Shown here: positions 13,757 to 23,833 of the stretch, one piece after another | Numbering within the stretch: position 1 is the stretch's first letter | Layout: each line of letters starts with the position of its first letter | NCBI GenBank assembly: GCA_003599755.1 | Contig: QZJO01000009.1 | Location: 22,140-86,139, forward strand | Source of the DNA: Candidatus Parcubacteria bacterium | GTDB taxonomy: Bacteria > Patescibacteriota > Minisyncoccia > Sungbacterales > SURF-37 | Length of the DNA stretch: 64,000 bases | Direction of reading: 5' to 3' | Program-made: the position numbers and the translations under genes | The notes under the pieces: model-generated | Databases searched by the model: none | What the model was told of the DNA's origin: nothing | The model's input: only the letters and a program-made list of their open reading frames with translations

Positions 13757-14281
13757 TTATTTTCCCAGAGAAATAGAGAATCGCCAAGGTTTCGCGCGCC
13801 ACGCGCCGGCATAATCCACGCCAATGCGCGGACTGCGCCTGATGGCGCGCGGCGGAATCTTTGCGCCCCGATCTTCGATCCAAAGCCCCGTTTTGTACAT
13901 TGCCGGCATGCGATTCAGGCGGCCGTCTATGCCCAACGCTTTCGTCACGCGCGCAGGACCGATGACGCCTTCAATGCCGCGCATCAAAATGGCAGCCGGG
14001 TACGCTTCGCGCTCGGTCACAACGTTGAGCATCCAATGCATGCCGTACGTGAAATACACATACCAGTAACCGGGCGGCCCGAACATGATGCTGTTGCGGA
14101 TAGTTTTGCCGCGACTGGCGTGCGATGCAAGATCATGCGGACCGACATAGGCCTCGACCTCGGTGATCATGGCTGCGATCTCGCGCCTGCCGCGTTTGCG
14201 CACCAAATATTTCCCAAGCAAATCTTTCGCCACGACGAGCGTCGGGCGATCGAAGAATTTCGGACCGAGGAGGCGCCTCAT
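13757..14281 (-). CDS. DNA-3-methyladenine glycosylase (MPG/AAG type)
   Basis: ITEVEAY, YVYFTYGMHWMLNVVT, SPRIGV, PWRF. Confidence 0.93.
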   Translation of the reverse strand: MRRLLGPKFFDRPTLVVAKDLLGKYLVRKRGRREIAAMITEVEAYVGPHDLASHASRGKTIRNSIMFGPPGYWYVYFTYGMHWMLNVVTEREAYPAAILMRGIEGVIGPARVTKALGIDGRLNRMPAMYKTGLWIEDRGAKIPPRAIRRSPRIGVDYAGAWRAKPWRFSISLGK

Positions 14282-14847
14282 TGGCCGTTTTGCGCCAAAA
14301 GTTTTTCGATCACCGGTTCAACCTGCGCCTCGAGTTCAGCCACCGTGCCGTTGTTCTGAAATAGGTAGTCCGCCATCTTGATACAGGCGGCGATATTTTG
14401 CTGATATGGCTCGGGATTTTGCATTTCGCGCTCCTCGTCAGCCATAAATTTCTCGAACGATACGCGGTCGGTTTCGCTCTGGCGCGCCACGATGCGCTCG
14501 TAGCGGATCTTCGGATCGGCGTCCACGGCAAAAAGTATGAAATCTCCTTTGGCGCGCAGGGATTCCACTTCCGCGGTGGCGCGCAGGGATTCGATAATAG
14601 TATTCTTGCCGCTTGCTTTTGCCTGTTCGTAGAGCGCCTCGGCAATGTAGTTTGGCCCGTTTTTCATGCGCAGATCATTCGCCGTCGCGGTCATGATATC
14701 GCGATCCACATCCAACCCGCGGCGCTTGATCTCATCCACGATCAGATCGCGCGCGGAAAAATGCGCGAAGCCGTGCTCGCGGATAAGATAATCGACGATC
14801 GTTCCTTTTCCCGCGCCGAGCGTCCCGGTAATGCCGATGATACGCAT
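14278..14847 (-). CDS. P-loop nucleotide kinase (dephospho-CoA/dNMP-kinase-like)
   Basis: IIGITGTLGAGKGT; ESLR; ADY..NNG. Confidence 0.8.
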   Translation of the reverse strand: MRIIGITGTLGAGKGTIVDYLIREHGFAHFSARDLIVDEIKRRGLDVDRDIMTATANDLRMKNGPNYIAEALYEQAKASGKNTIIESLRATAEVESLRAKGDFILFAVDADPKIRYERIVARQSETDRVSFEKFMADEEREMQNPEPYQQNIAACIKMADYLFQNNGTVAELEAQVEPVIEKLLAQNGQ

Positions 14848-14976
14848 GCTCAAGATAGATAATTCAATCCGCATGCTAGCACGATTCGATCCCTTTGCCG
14901 ATACGCATACCGCTCGGGCATGCGCTGTGCAAAATCCGGGTGCCATTCCCCGAAACTCGCGTATACTGGGAAGGAC

Positions 14977-17061
14977 ATGCATACGCCCCCGGTATCCCGG
15001 CAGAGTACCGCAACGCTCGTGTGGTTGGGCATCGCGATCGTGCTATTTCTCGCTACCCCGCTCGCGGCAGCCGAAGCCCAAAACGGCACGATCGTGGGTA
15101 CGCTCGAGGAGCGGCTTCTTTCGTTAGCGTCGAGTTCCCGCCGGCACATTGACGCCCTTGCGGCGAACATTTCAACGAGTCTCAGCGGCATTCTCGGACA
15201 GCTTTCCGCCATCGCGCGCGACGGGAATCCTACGCAAATCACGGCGCTATCGAATGAGGTAAGCGCGCTCTACGCGCGCGCGTTCAGCGATGCGACTGCT
15301 ATTACAAAGGCGCAGCGGGAAATCGAACAAGCTGAATTGACGCGAAATCAAATCCAGGAACTCTCCGGCGCGAGCTTTGCGGTGATTCCCGCGGCCGAAC
15401 TCGACGCCATTGATACCGCGCTCGCGAAAGCGCGCACTGCATTCGACGCCACCAAATACAACGACGCGATCGATGCCGCCCAAAAGGCGCAGAAACTCGG
15501 CGATGCGCTGATTGCCGATTATTTCCCCGCCTCCGCCGGCGGCACGGGAACCGTGCTCATCAAGCGCGTCGGCGCCGATGACACGGTCAAGACCGCTCCG
15601 GCCGGCACCGCGGGCTGGATCGGTTCGCTCGCCGCAAATGCCGACAACTCTGCCAAATTGAAAGATACGGCAACGGGTGCGCACATCGCATTCGCAACCG
15701 ATGCCAAAGAGTACGTCGAGCGCGCCGGTATCTGCACGTTCCGTTCCAATTCCAAGGAATGCAGGATCTCGGTCTTTCCGATCACGCCAAGCTGCGACGG
15801 CGCCGCCTGCAGCGTTCCCATCCAAGTGAAAAAGGATGAAACCACCAAAGTAGTGTTCAAATATTTTGCCGCGAATAGTATCCCTCCGCCACCACCGCCT
15901 GCGCCGGCCCCGACACCAGCGCCTTTGCCGCCGCCACCCGCACCGGCGCCATCCCCTACGCCACCGCCTCCGCCATCGCCAACTCCCATTCCCGCGCCGC
16001 CGCCTCCGCCCCCTCCATCCGACGCATCGCTCGAGGGCTTCGGAGCAAAAACGCCGGGCGGATCGCTCGGTACCACAATCCGCGTCACGAATCTCAATGA
16101 CGCGGGCCCGGGCAGCTTGCGCCAGGCCCTTCTGCAAGGCAATCGCACGATCGTATTCGACGTCGGCGGCACCATAACGCTCCAGAGCGATATCGTGATC
16201 AAAGAGCCGTTTATGACCATCGACGGACGCAGCGCGCCGATGCCGGGCATCACGCTCAGCGGGGCCGGGCTCATCATCCATGGCACGCCGCGCTATTACG
16301 CCGGCTCCAACGCGCATGACGTCATCATCCGCAACATTCGCATCCGCGATGCGGTAGCTGACGGCATCCAGATCGCGTGGGGCGCGTATAACGTCGTGGT
16401 TGATCACGTATCGGTGAGCAATGCGGGCGACGGCGATATCGATATCACGCACGGCGCGCACGACGTTACGGTGCAGTGGAGCGTACTACGCGACACGTCG
16501 AAAATCATGCTCGTCAAAACACAGACGGCCGAAGCTCCGGGCGAGACAAGCCGCGTCACGCTCCATCACAATGCCTTTCTCACCAGCGAAGACCGCAATC
16601 CGCGGGTCAGCAATCTCGCAAACGGATCAACCAGAGCAGCGACCATCACGGCCGACGTGCGCAATAACCTCATCTGGCAATGGGGCGGCGGCCTGGGCAC
16701 GGACGTGGAATGCGGCGCCAAAGCGAATATCGTTAATAATTTTTACTCCTCGCCCTCCAGTTCGCTCGGCAATAAGCAGCAGGCGCTCGTCATCCGCGCG
16801 GACAGCGACCCGGTAACGCGATGCGCGTTCGGAGGGCCGTCGTACGTGAATGGGAACTTCAGCGGAGACAAGTTGAGTATTGATATCAACACCGGGCCCT
16901 GGGTATTGAACCGTGTTGCGACACCATACCCGGCAGACCCCGTCGCCACCACCGATGCCTGCACCGCCGCTCGCGCGATTGTAAACGCCGGGGGTGCGCA
17001 GCCACGGGATGCCGATGATCGAAGCCATTTCAATCAGATCTCGCTCGCGGCGTGCCCGTAA
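14977..17061 (+). CDS. Secreted multidomain protein with Pro-rich linker and C-terminal PL1 pectate-lyase-like domain
   Basis: Signal-peptide-like N-terminus; EGFGAKTPGG, VTNLNDAGPGSLR, IVFDVGGTI, VVDHVS, TLHHN, RNPR. Confidence 0.85.
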   Translation: MHTPPVSRQSTATLVWLGIAIVLFLATPLAAAEAQNGTIVGTLEERLLSLASSSRRHIDALAANISTSLSGILGQLSAIARDGNPTQITALSNEVSALYARAFSDATAITKAQREIEQAELTRNQIQELSGASFAVIPAAELDAIDTALAKARTAFDATKYNDAIDAAQKAQKLGDALIADYFPASAGGTGTVLIKRVGADDTVKTAPAGTAGWIGSLAANADNSAKLKDTATGAHIAFATDAKEYVERAGICTFRSNSKECRISVFPITPSCDGAACSVPIQVKKDETTKVVFKYFAANSIPPPPPPAPAPTPAPLPPPPAPAPSPTPPPPPSPTPIPAPPPPPPPSDASLEGFGAKTPGGSLGTTIRVTNLNDAGPGSLRQALLQGNRTIVFDVGGTITLQSDIVIKEPFMTIDGRSAPMPGITLSGAGLIIHGTPRYYAGSNAHDVIIRNIRIRDAVADGIQIAWGAYNVVVDHVSVSNAGDGDIDITHGAHDVTVQWSVLRDTSKIMLVKTQTAEAPGETSRVTLHHNAFLTSEDRNPRVSNLANGSTRAATITADVRNNLIWQWGGGLGTDVECGAKANIVNNFYSSPSSSLGNKQQALVIRADSDPVTRCAFGGPSYVNGNFSGDKLSIDINTGPWVLNRVATPYPADPVATTDACTAARAIVNAGGAQPRDADDRSHFNQISLAACP

Positions 17062-17081
17062 ATAGCTTCTTGGATGAATAG

Positions 17082-17111
17082 AACCCCGCCGGCTAAAAGG
17101 CCGGCGGGGTT
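17082..17111 (+). terminator. Intrinsic terminator
   Basis: AACCCCGCCGGC-loop-GCCGGCGGGGTT. Confidence 0.75.
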
Positions 17112-17202
17112 GTTATATATGCAACACGTAAAAACTCGGAGCGTTTTTTTGAATTGAAGACACCCGGCCGCTTAGCCGGGTGCCATTACATCTTGCTCTT
17201 CC

Positions 17203-17337
17203 CTACTTGGGCAGCATCCCCTTCCATTGAAGGATGAGAGGGATGGCGAGGATGGAAATTGCGCCCAAGTAGGCAAGCGTACCTACAATCCGCTCAGGCC
17301 AGGTCGATGCCGGTATGGAGTCGTCCTGATCATCCAT
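17203..17337 (-). CDS. Small single-TM protein (44 aa)
   Basis: GGGAG SD; MDDQDDSIPASTWPERIVGTLAYLGAISILAIPLILQW; downstream hairpin at 17161-17182. Confidence 0.5.
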   Translation of the reverse strand: MDDQDDSIPASTWPERIVGTLAYLGAISILAIPLILQWKGMLPK

Positions 17338-17531
17338 TACGCTTTCTCCCTTCATCCGCCGAACGGCGGCCAGTAGCGAACGCTCTGCCACGCCCAAAGA
17401 ACGGCAACGGTAATACCAAAGAGCTCAAATATACGACGGCTTGCGAATACTCCGCATATAGAAAAAAGGAAGGGTACCATGGATTTTGCCAGAATGCGCC
17501 GCCCACAAGGGGCGGCGCAAGTTCTATCATA

Positions 17532-17605
17532 CGCTCCCAAAGGGATTCGAACCCTTGATCTTCTGGCTGAGAACCAGATGTCCTAGGCCTCTAGACGATG
17601 GGAGC
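17532..17605 (-). tRNA. tRNA-Glu(CTC)
   Basis: GCTCCCA acceptor, TCTGG-TTCTCAG-CCAGA anticodon arm, GGTTCGAATCC. Confidence 0.95.
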
Positions 17606-17663
17606 ACACCCGCATTGATATACCACGCAATCGCCATCAAAGGTAGTGCCTGAGTCGCGGGAC

Positions 17664-17891
17664 TCAGGCACGGGACGCCACCTGGAGGGCTCGAGCCATG
17701 CGGCTCAGCGTCGGCGAATAATGCCCGCCGTTGGCATGGCACATCTCCGGCAACGGCTCCTGATGGATACGGAGGATCTTGGGCGCCCGGCAGAAACACC
17801 AGCCGGACTTGTCGGCGTTGTTCTTGCGGCACGTGCAGTGGCCAGCGTCACTCCAGTCGGTTTCGTGGCCGCATGCGACGCAAATGCCCAT
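17664..17891 (-). CDS. Small Cys/His-rich hypothetical protein
   Basis: AAGGAGGT SD; CVAC..HCTC..WCFC..CH. Confidence 0.5.
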   Translation of the reverse strand: MGICVACGHETDWSDAGHCTCRKNNADKSGWCFCRAPKILRIHQEPLPEMCHANGGHYSPTLSRMARALQVASRA

Positions 17892-17928
17892 CCAGCACCT
17901 CCTTGTGCTTCTGCCTAAAGCGTACTCC

Positions 17929-19236
17929 CTAGCGGCGTTTCTTCCAATCCCCATCCTGTCGCACCAGGAGCCGCCGCGCTTTTTCCGGCTCGGCCATCAC
18001 TTCCTCGGTCACCCGCTCCATGCGCATGCCCTGCGAGCCCTTTACAAGCACCGCGTCGCCGGGCCGCAGCACGCGCTCCAGTTCTTTGCCCGCGGACTGC
18101 GAATTCGAAAACCACTGCATTTGGGCGCGCACCATGCGCCGCCGATTCTCCGGCCCCGGCTGCATGGCCTCATCCATGGCGAACTTCATGCGCTCCCCTA
18201 CGGCAATGAAATAATCGCACACCTCGGCCACCTCTTCGCCGATGGTCCGATGCGCCATTTCCGTGAAGCGCCCAAGCTCCAACATGTCGCCGAGCACCGC
18301 AATGCGCCGCTTCGCGGGAAATTCCGCGAGCACGTCCAGCGCCGCCAGGGTCGAGATCGGCGAGGCGTTGTACGTGTCGTCCAAAATCCAGGCGCTGCGG
18401 TGCGCGGGAATAAGCTTGAGCCGGCCGGGCGGCGCCTCGTATGCCAAAAGGCCATCGGCAATTTCCTCGAATGAAAGATCGAGCGCGCGCCCCACGGCCG
18501 CGGCCGCCGCGGCCGCATAGGCCTGGTGCTTACCGAAGGTATTGGCAAGCCGTACGGCCACCGTGTCCGACCCCGCGCGGAGCTTGAACCATATGCCATC
18601 CAGCCGCATCGCCTCGCCCACGCCCGATGCGCGCAATTCGTAGTGCGTGATGCGGATATCCGCGCCGGGCGCGAAGCCGTAGGTCACTACTTCGGCATGC
18701 GTTTTATCCTCGCCGCTGGCGACCGTCTCGTCGTCGCGGTTCAGGATCGCCGTGCCGTTTTCAGGCAGAACTTGAATGAGTTTGAGTTTCTCGCGGCGGA
18801 GCTCCTCGGCATTGGCGAAATATTCCACATGCACGGGGATATCGCCGATCGTCGTGACAATGCCGATATTCGGACGCGCAAGGCCGATCAAAAAATCCAT
18901 GTCGCCCCGTTTCTGAATGCCGTATTCGAGCACCAAGACATCGGGATACTCCTTGGCGAACCAGAGGCGCCACGCCGCGCCCGCGATCGCGCCCGCCCAG
19001 GCAAACGCGTTTTTGCCCTGGTGCTGCATGCCAAGGATGGTCAGCGGCACGCCGATTTCGGTATTGAAACTTTTTTCGCTCTTGCGCACCCGAAAATGCG
19101 GCTTCAACACGGCCCAGATCGCTTCCTTCGTGGAAGTTTTGCCGGCCGAGCCGGTCACGGCAATGACATACGGCCGGCGGCGGCGGACCGTCGCGCGGGC
19201 TAATGATGCCAATATGAGTTCCAGCAAGCGGCGCAT
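17929..19236 (-). CDS. murF: UDP-MurNAc-tripeptide:D-Ala-D-Ala ligase
   Basis: VTGSAGKTSTKE, FNTEIGVP, DDTYNASP, GDMLELG, VKGSQGMRME. Confidence 0.93.
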   Translation of the reverse strand: MRRLLELILASLARATVRRRRPYVIAVTGSAGKTSTKEAIWAVLKPHFRVRKSEKSFNTEIGVPLTILGMQHQGKNAFAWAGAIAGAAWRLWFAKEYPDVLVLEYGIQKRGDMDFLIGLARPNIGIVTTIGDIPVHVEYFANAEELRREKLKLIQVLPENGTAILNRDDETVASGEDKTHAEVVTYGFAPGADIRITHYELRASGVGEAMRLDGIWFKLRAGSDTVAVRLANTFGKHQAYAAAAAAAVGRALDLSFEEIADGLLAYEAPPGRLKLIPAHRSAWILDDTYNASPISTLAALDVLAEFPAKRRIAVLGDMLELGRFTEMAHRTIGEEVAEVCDYFIAVGERMKFAMDEAMQPGPENRRRMVRAQMQWFSNSQSAGKELERVLRPGDAVLVKGSQGMRMERVTEEVMAEPEKARRLLVRQDGDWKKRR

Positions 19237-19238
19237 GA

Positions 19239-20114
19239 TCAGTGCTTGAGCATCCGGTTGAGCGCCGTGCGCAGTTCCGGCCGCTTTTTGGCGAACGCGA
19301 TATTGGCCGCAAGATAGCCGATCTTGCTGCCGCAGTCATACCAGGCGCCCGCAAGCTCGACGCCGCAAACGGGCTGATCCCGAACGTACCGCGCGAGGCC
19401 ATCGGTGATGCCGAGCTCCCGGTCTTTCCCGAGCGTGCGCTCGGCCATATACAGCGCGACCAGCACGCCGGGCGTCAGCACGTAGCGGCCGACCACGGCC
19501 AACGGCTCGCGAATCGCGGCGGTATTCTTCGGCTTCTCGATAATCCGTTCTACGTTCCATGCCCTACCCTCCTTGCGCGAACCCGCGATCGTCCCATACC
19601 GCGATAAATCCGCCCGCGGCACGCGCGCGAGGGCCATGGTCGGCGCGCCGCGCTTTTGGAAGACCGCGATAACCTGGGCGAGCGCCGGCCGCGGCGCATC
19701 GATCAAATCGTCGCCGAACAACACGGCAAACGGCTCGTCCGGGCCGATCAGGTGCGCGGCGCGCAAGATCGCGTCGCCGTTGCCTCGCGGCATGGGTTGG
19801 CGCACATAGACGAACCGCGCAAGTTTCGGCAGGTGCTCGACCAGCTTCAACAGATCGCGTTTGTCGCGCTCGACCAGCGTCCGTTCCAATTCATACGACG
19901 CATCGAAATGATCTTCGATCGCCCGTTTCCCGCGCCCGGTCACAAAAATGATATCCGTGATGCCCGAGGCGACGGCCTCCTCAACCAAATATTGAATCAC
20001 CGGCTTGTCCACGACCGGCAGCATCTCCTTGGGCATGGCTTTGGTCACCGGTAAAAAACGGGTGCCATACCCGGCAACGGGAATAATCGCCTTGCGAACA
20101 GGTCTCATGGACAT
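19239..20114 (-). CDS. galU: UTP--glucose-1-phosphate uridylyltransferase
   Basis: KAIIPVAGYGTRFLPVTKAMPKEMLPVVDKP, GKRAIEDHFD. Confidence 0.92.
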   Translation of the reverse strand: MSMRPVRKAIIPVAGYGTRFLPVTKAMPKEMLPVVDKPVIQYLVEEAVASGITDIIFVTGRGKRAIEDHFDASYELERTLVERDKRDLLKLVEHLPKLARFVYVRQPMPRGNGDAILRAAHLIGPDEPFAVLFGDDLIDAPRPALAQVIAVFQKRGAPTMALARVPRADLSRYGTIAGSRKEGRAWNVERIIEKPKNTAAIREPLAVVGRYVLTPGVLVALYMAERTLGKDRELGITDGLARYVRDQPVCGVELAGAWYDCGSKIGYLAANIAFAKKRPELRTALNRMLKH

Positions 20115-20132
20115 AGCGGCTCCCTGGGCCGA

Positions 20133-21866
20133 TCAGCGCGCGCCGGGCGCGTCCGGCGGCACGTCATAATACGCGAGGATGAATTCGGCCAAGTTATGGA
20201 ACGCGGGCGTCAGCGTGTTGGAGGCGAAGATATTGCCTTGGGGGCGCACGAGTTGGAAGAACGCCAAAAACCTCGGGTCGCTTGCCGGCGCGAAGCCGAC
20301 GAACGAATGGATATATTCCTCGGAATACCCGCGGCCCGAAGGCAGGGGGATCTGCGCCGTGCCGGTTTTGCCGGCCACGCGGTAGCCATCGACTTCGGCC
20401 TTGCTCTCGAAGCTATGTTCGACGGTCGCCACGAGGATATCGGTAATCGCATCGGCCGCCGTGGGCTCGATCGCCCGTCCCAGTGCTACGGGCTCGCGCA
20501 CCTCCTCGTTTCCGGCCGAATCAATGATGCGCTCCACGATATACGGCTTCATTCGTACCCCATCATTGGCGATGGCGCCAATCGCGGACGCGATCTGCAG
20601 CGGCGTGACCGCGATGCCTTGCCCGAATGCCGCGGTCGCGTAATCGATGTCCCGGCCCGCGTCGAGATTCGCGATATTGCCGGCGACCTCGTTCGGAAAA
20701 TCCACGCCGGTCGCGGTCCCGAAGCCGAAGCGCCGCAAATAATCCTTGAAGCGCTCTTGGCCGAGTTTCTGCTGGGCAAACACCGCGCCGACGTTCAACG
20801 ACTTCTCGATCACTTGGCTCATGGTCTGCACGCCGTAGGCCCGACCGTCGAAATTGCGGATCGTATGCGTGCCGAATTTTACCGCGCCGGTATCTTCATA
20901 GGTGGTCTTCGGCGTCACCGCGCCCGCGTCGAGTGCCGCGGCCATGGTAATCGGTTTCAATACCGAACCGAGCTCGTACTGCGCGTCCACGATCGGCAGG
21001 CGGAATCGCTGGTAATCGGTCACGCGCGAATATTCATTAGGATTGAACGAAGGCGCGGCTGCGGCGGCCAGGATCCGGCCGGTCTTGGGTTCGATCACCA
21101 GCGCCAGGCCCTGCTCGGCCTGCCATCGCTCCATGAGCGCGGCAAGTTCCGCCTCGGCCTTATACTGGATGTTTGAATCGATCGTGAGCACGAGCGAGTC
21201 GCCGTCTACCGGCGGATTCAGAATCCGCCGGCCAAGCGCGACCCAATACCCCTTCGCGTCTTTCTCGCCCTCGAATAATCCGCGCGCACCCTTGAGCACG
21301 CCGTCGTATTCGCGTTCCAGTCCGTATTCGCCCTGCTCCTCGTTTTCGCGGTAACTTATAAAGCCCAAGAGATTCGCCCCGAGCGCCTCTTGCGGATAGC
21401 TCCGCCGCGCCTCCTCCACGAGCGAGACGCCGGGCATCCCGAGCGCGCGAATGCGCTCGGCCGCGGCCTCATCAATGCGCCGCGCGATAATCTCATAGGG
21501 ATCGTCCTCCTTCGCGAGCTTGGCCGTAATTTCGGCCCGTTTGATGCCGAGAATTTCGGCCAGCTTCTCGCTTGCGTACGGTGCGTCCGCGATATTTTTG
21601 GGCACCGCAACCACGGTGTAGGCGCGCTGCTGAACCGCGAGCGGATGCTGCTGGCCGGACTTATCCTGGGCGTAAATCGCGCCGCGGCGCGACGGCAGGA
21701 TTTCGATCAGCTGGTGCTGCCGATCGGCGGCGAGCGCGAACTGGCGATGATCGATGATGGATAAGGAAAAAACCCGCGCCACGAGCGCGGCCAACAGCAC
21801 GAGAAAGAATACGGCTAGGATCGCCAGCCGCCAGTGGAATGTCTGATGGGATCGAAGGGCAGCCAC
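20133..21866 (-). CDS. ftsI: Class B penicillin-binding protein (FtsI-like)
   Basis: SxxK (GSVLK), SxN (SLN), KTG; located in the dcw cluster. Confidence 0.85.
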   Translation of the reverse strand: MAALRSHQTFHWRLAILAVFFLVLLAALVARVFSLSIIDHRQFALAADRQHQLIEILPSRRGAIYAQDKSGQQHPLAVQQRAYTVVAVPKNIADAPYASEKLAEILGIKRAEITAKLAKEDDPYEIIARRIDEAAAERIRALGMPGVSLVEEARRSYPQEALGANLLGFISYRENEEQGEYGLEREYDGVLKGARGLFEGEKDAKGYWVALGRRILNPPVDGDSLVLTIDSNIQYKAEAELAALMERWQAEQGLALVIEPKTGRILAAAAAPSFNPNEYSRVTDYQRFRLPIVDAQYELGSVLKPITMAAALDAGAVTPKTTYEDTGAVKFGTHTIRNFDGRAYGVQTMSQVIEKSLNVGAVFAQQKLGQERFKDYLRRFGFGTATGVDFPNEVAGNIANLDAGRDIDYATAAFGQGIAVTPLQIASAIGAIANDGVRMKPYIVERIIDSAGNEEVREPVALGRAIEPTAADAITDILVATVEHSFESKAEVDGYRVAGKTGTAQIPLPSGRGYSEEYIHSFVGFAPASDPRFLAFFQLVRPQGNIFASNTLTPAFHNLAEFILAYYDVPPDAPGAR

Positions 21867-21891
21867 GCTCGGAACATTTCGGGAAAAATTA

Positions 21892-22281
21892 CTAGCGCGT
21901 CAGGGCGACGGAGTGCTCGCCGCTCAAATAGCGGATGTGATCCACGCCGACCATGCCGTGCGCGCGGGCGGCGGCCTCGAGCCGCGCGGGTGCGCGCTGG
22001 CGGGCGATCTCGGCCTCCAGCATGTCGCGGTCTTGCTCGAGCGCTTCGAGCGTTCGGCGCGCCTCCAATACCGCTTCGCCGGAAAACATCATTGCCTGGA
22101 CCACGGCTACATAGATTACCACGGACGCGGCGATAACCCCCAATGCGCCCGCGCTTGTCCAAAAACGCGCTTCGGGGCGGAACAAAAAGCGCGGCATCCC
22201 GAGCGCGGGCACGGTGAGTGCGCGCACGGCAGCCGGTGCGGCGGAACGGCGAAGGATATAGGTAGAAAAGAAATGGCTCAT
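21892..22281 (-). CDS. FtsL-like cell division protein
   Basis: Single TM plus coiled coil between rsmH and the PBP gene. Confidence 0.65.
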   Translation of the reverse strand: MSHFFSTYILRRSAAPAAVRALTVPALGMPRFLFRPEARFWTSAGALGVIAASVVIYVAVVQAMMFSGEAVLEARRTLEALEQDRDMLEAEIARQRAPARLEAAARAHGMVGVDHIRYLSGEHSVALTR

Positions 22282-23177
22282 GAAATTTTTTCGATAGCGC
22301 GGAGCATTGCGGATCGGGCGCGCGGATTCGCTCGGACTTCATCCGCGCCCGGCCGGATGGGTTTTTTGGTGAGCAATCGGGCTTCGCCGCGCGCGGCCCA
22401 GTCGCGGAACCGCCGCTTCACGATGCCGTCCTCGCCCGAGTGGAAGGCGATCACGGCGATGCGGCCGCGCGGCGCGAGCGCCGCGAATGCGGCGGCCAGT
22501 CCTGCTTCGATATTCTCAAACTCCCGATTCACCGCGATCCGCAGCGCCTGGAATGCGCGCGTCGCCGGATGAATCTTCCCGCGGCGGAATCGAGCGGGTA
22601 TGCCCGCGGCGATCGCATCCAGAAAATCGCCTACCGTGCGAATCGGCCGCCGGCCCCGCGTTGCGACCACCGCGGCGGCGATGCGATCGGCGAACCGCTC
22701 TTGGCCGTAGTCGCGGAATATCGCCGCGAGCTCGTCGTGCGTCCGCGCGTTGAGTATGTCGGCGCCGGTTTCTCGGAGATCGCGGGAAAATCGCATGTCG
22801 AGTTCTTCAGCGTGATTTTGGAAACTGAATCCGCGCTTGGACCGCTCGAGGTGGAACGAACTCAGGCCGAGATCGAACAGGACTCCGTCCACCGGACCGA
22901 ACCCGAGCGATCGGACGAGGTTTTCGATCTGGACGTAGCTCGTCCGTTGCAAGACGCAAGCGTTGTTGCCGCGAGGCCATGTGCGCGCGATGCGTTCCTC
23001 GAGATTTGTGAAGAGCGTCTCGTCCCATTCGATTGCGAGCACCCGGCCGGTCGGACCGATGGCGTTCGCGATGTCGATCGTATGTCCGCCGCCGTCGGCC
23101 GTCGCATCGATGTAGCGGCCGCCGGGCCGGATTCCTAAATATTCGAGCGCTTCGTGGCGGAATACCGGCTCGTGCAC
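22278..23177 (-). CDS. rsmH: 16S rRNA m4C1402 methyltransferase
   Basis: HEPV, DATADGGGH, DLGLSS, LDMRF, FQALRIAVN, NPRARSA; GTG start inferred. Confidence 0.95.
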   Translation of the reverse strand: MHEPVFRHEALEYLGIRPGGRYIDATADGGGHTIDIANAIGPTGRVLAIEWDETLFTNLEERIARTWPRGNNACVLQRTSYVQIENLVRSLGFGPVDGVLFDLGLSSFHLERSKRGFSFQNHAEELDMRFSRDLRETGADILNARTHDELAAIFRDYGQERFADRIAAAVVATRGRRPIRTVGDFLDAIAAGIPARFRRGKIHPATRAFQALRIAVNREFENIEAGLAAAFAALAPRGRIAVIAFHSGEDGIVKRRFRDWAARGEARLLTKKPIRPGADEVRANPRARSAMLRAIEKIS

Positions 23178-23180
23178 TTG

Positions 23181-23199
23181 CCCTGAGCGGGGCGAAGGG
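23181..23199. repeat. Short palindromic repeat CCCTGAGC-N-CGA(A)GGG
   Basis: Near-identical to copies at 51042-51060 and 51088-51107. Confidence 0.6.
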
Positions 23200-23220
23200 C
23201 CGTGCGCGCCGTCCGAAGCG

Positions 23221-23652
23221 CTAGGCGCCGAGTTCTCCGAGGCGTTCGGCGATCTCATCGGTCTTTTGTTCGACGCGGCCTCGGTATTCGCGCCACTTGG
23301 CCTCGTCCCAGATCTCCGCGCGGCTATGGAGGCCGATAACGACCGCGCGATCGGTAATGCCGGCAAACGTCCGCAGGCCTTCGGGAATGAGGATCCGTCC
23401 CTGGCTGTCGATGTCGGCGTGCGATGCTCCCGAGAGTAACATTCGGGCGAATGCCCGCGAATCGGCCTGGTTCATGGGGAGGTGCGATAGCTTATCGGCG
23501 AGCTTCGCCCATTCGTCGAGGGGGTACATATATAAACACTGATCGAGCCCCCGCGTGACCACGACGCCGCCGGCAAGCGTCTTGCGGAATTTTGCCGGCA
23601 CCGCGAGCCGTCCCTTGTCGTCTATCGAATGTTCGTATTCGCCGAGCAGCAT
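23221..23652 (-). CDS. mraZ: Division/cell wall cluster repressor MraZ
   Basis: GEYEHSIDDKGRLAVP, DSQGRILIP, RAEIWD. Confidence 0.97.
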   Translation of the reverse strand: MLLGEYEHSIDDKGRLAVPAKFRKTLAGGVVVTRGLDQCLYMYPLDEWAKLADKLSHLPMNQADSRAFARMLLSGASHADIDSQGRILIPEGLRTFAGITDRAVVIGLHSRAEIWDEAKWREYRGRVEQKTDEIAERLGELGA

Positions 23653-23762
23653 GGTCGCCGCAATATCCGTTTAATCGAATGATTCGATACGACGCGCGAA
23701 CGACCGAGAATCCGGGAAAACCGCTCACCACGCCCTGCGCGATTGCAGGGCATGGCGACCAG

Positions 23763-23833
23763 TTATGCACATAAGGGGTTACTTATCCCCAAAGTTATCC
23801 ACAATTCCCCACTACTGCTCCATTCTATACCAC
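23763..23833. promoter_or_regulatory. DnaA-box cluster overlapping MraZ-type GTGG repeats
   Basis: TTATGCACA 23763, TTATCCCCA 23783, TTATCCACA 23795; CCAC/CCAT at 23799, 23809, 23820 and 23830 (10-11 bp phasing). Confidence 0.6.

Noticed and set aside
15883-16020. CCG/CCA-rich low-complexity tract as a DNA repeat element
   Set aside because: Explained by the poly-proline linker it encodes
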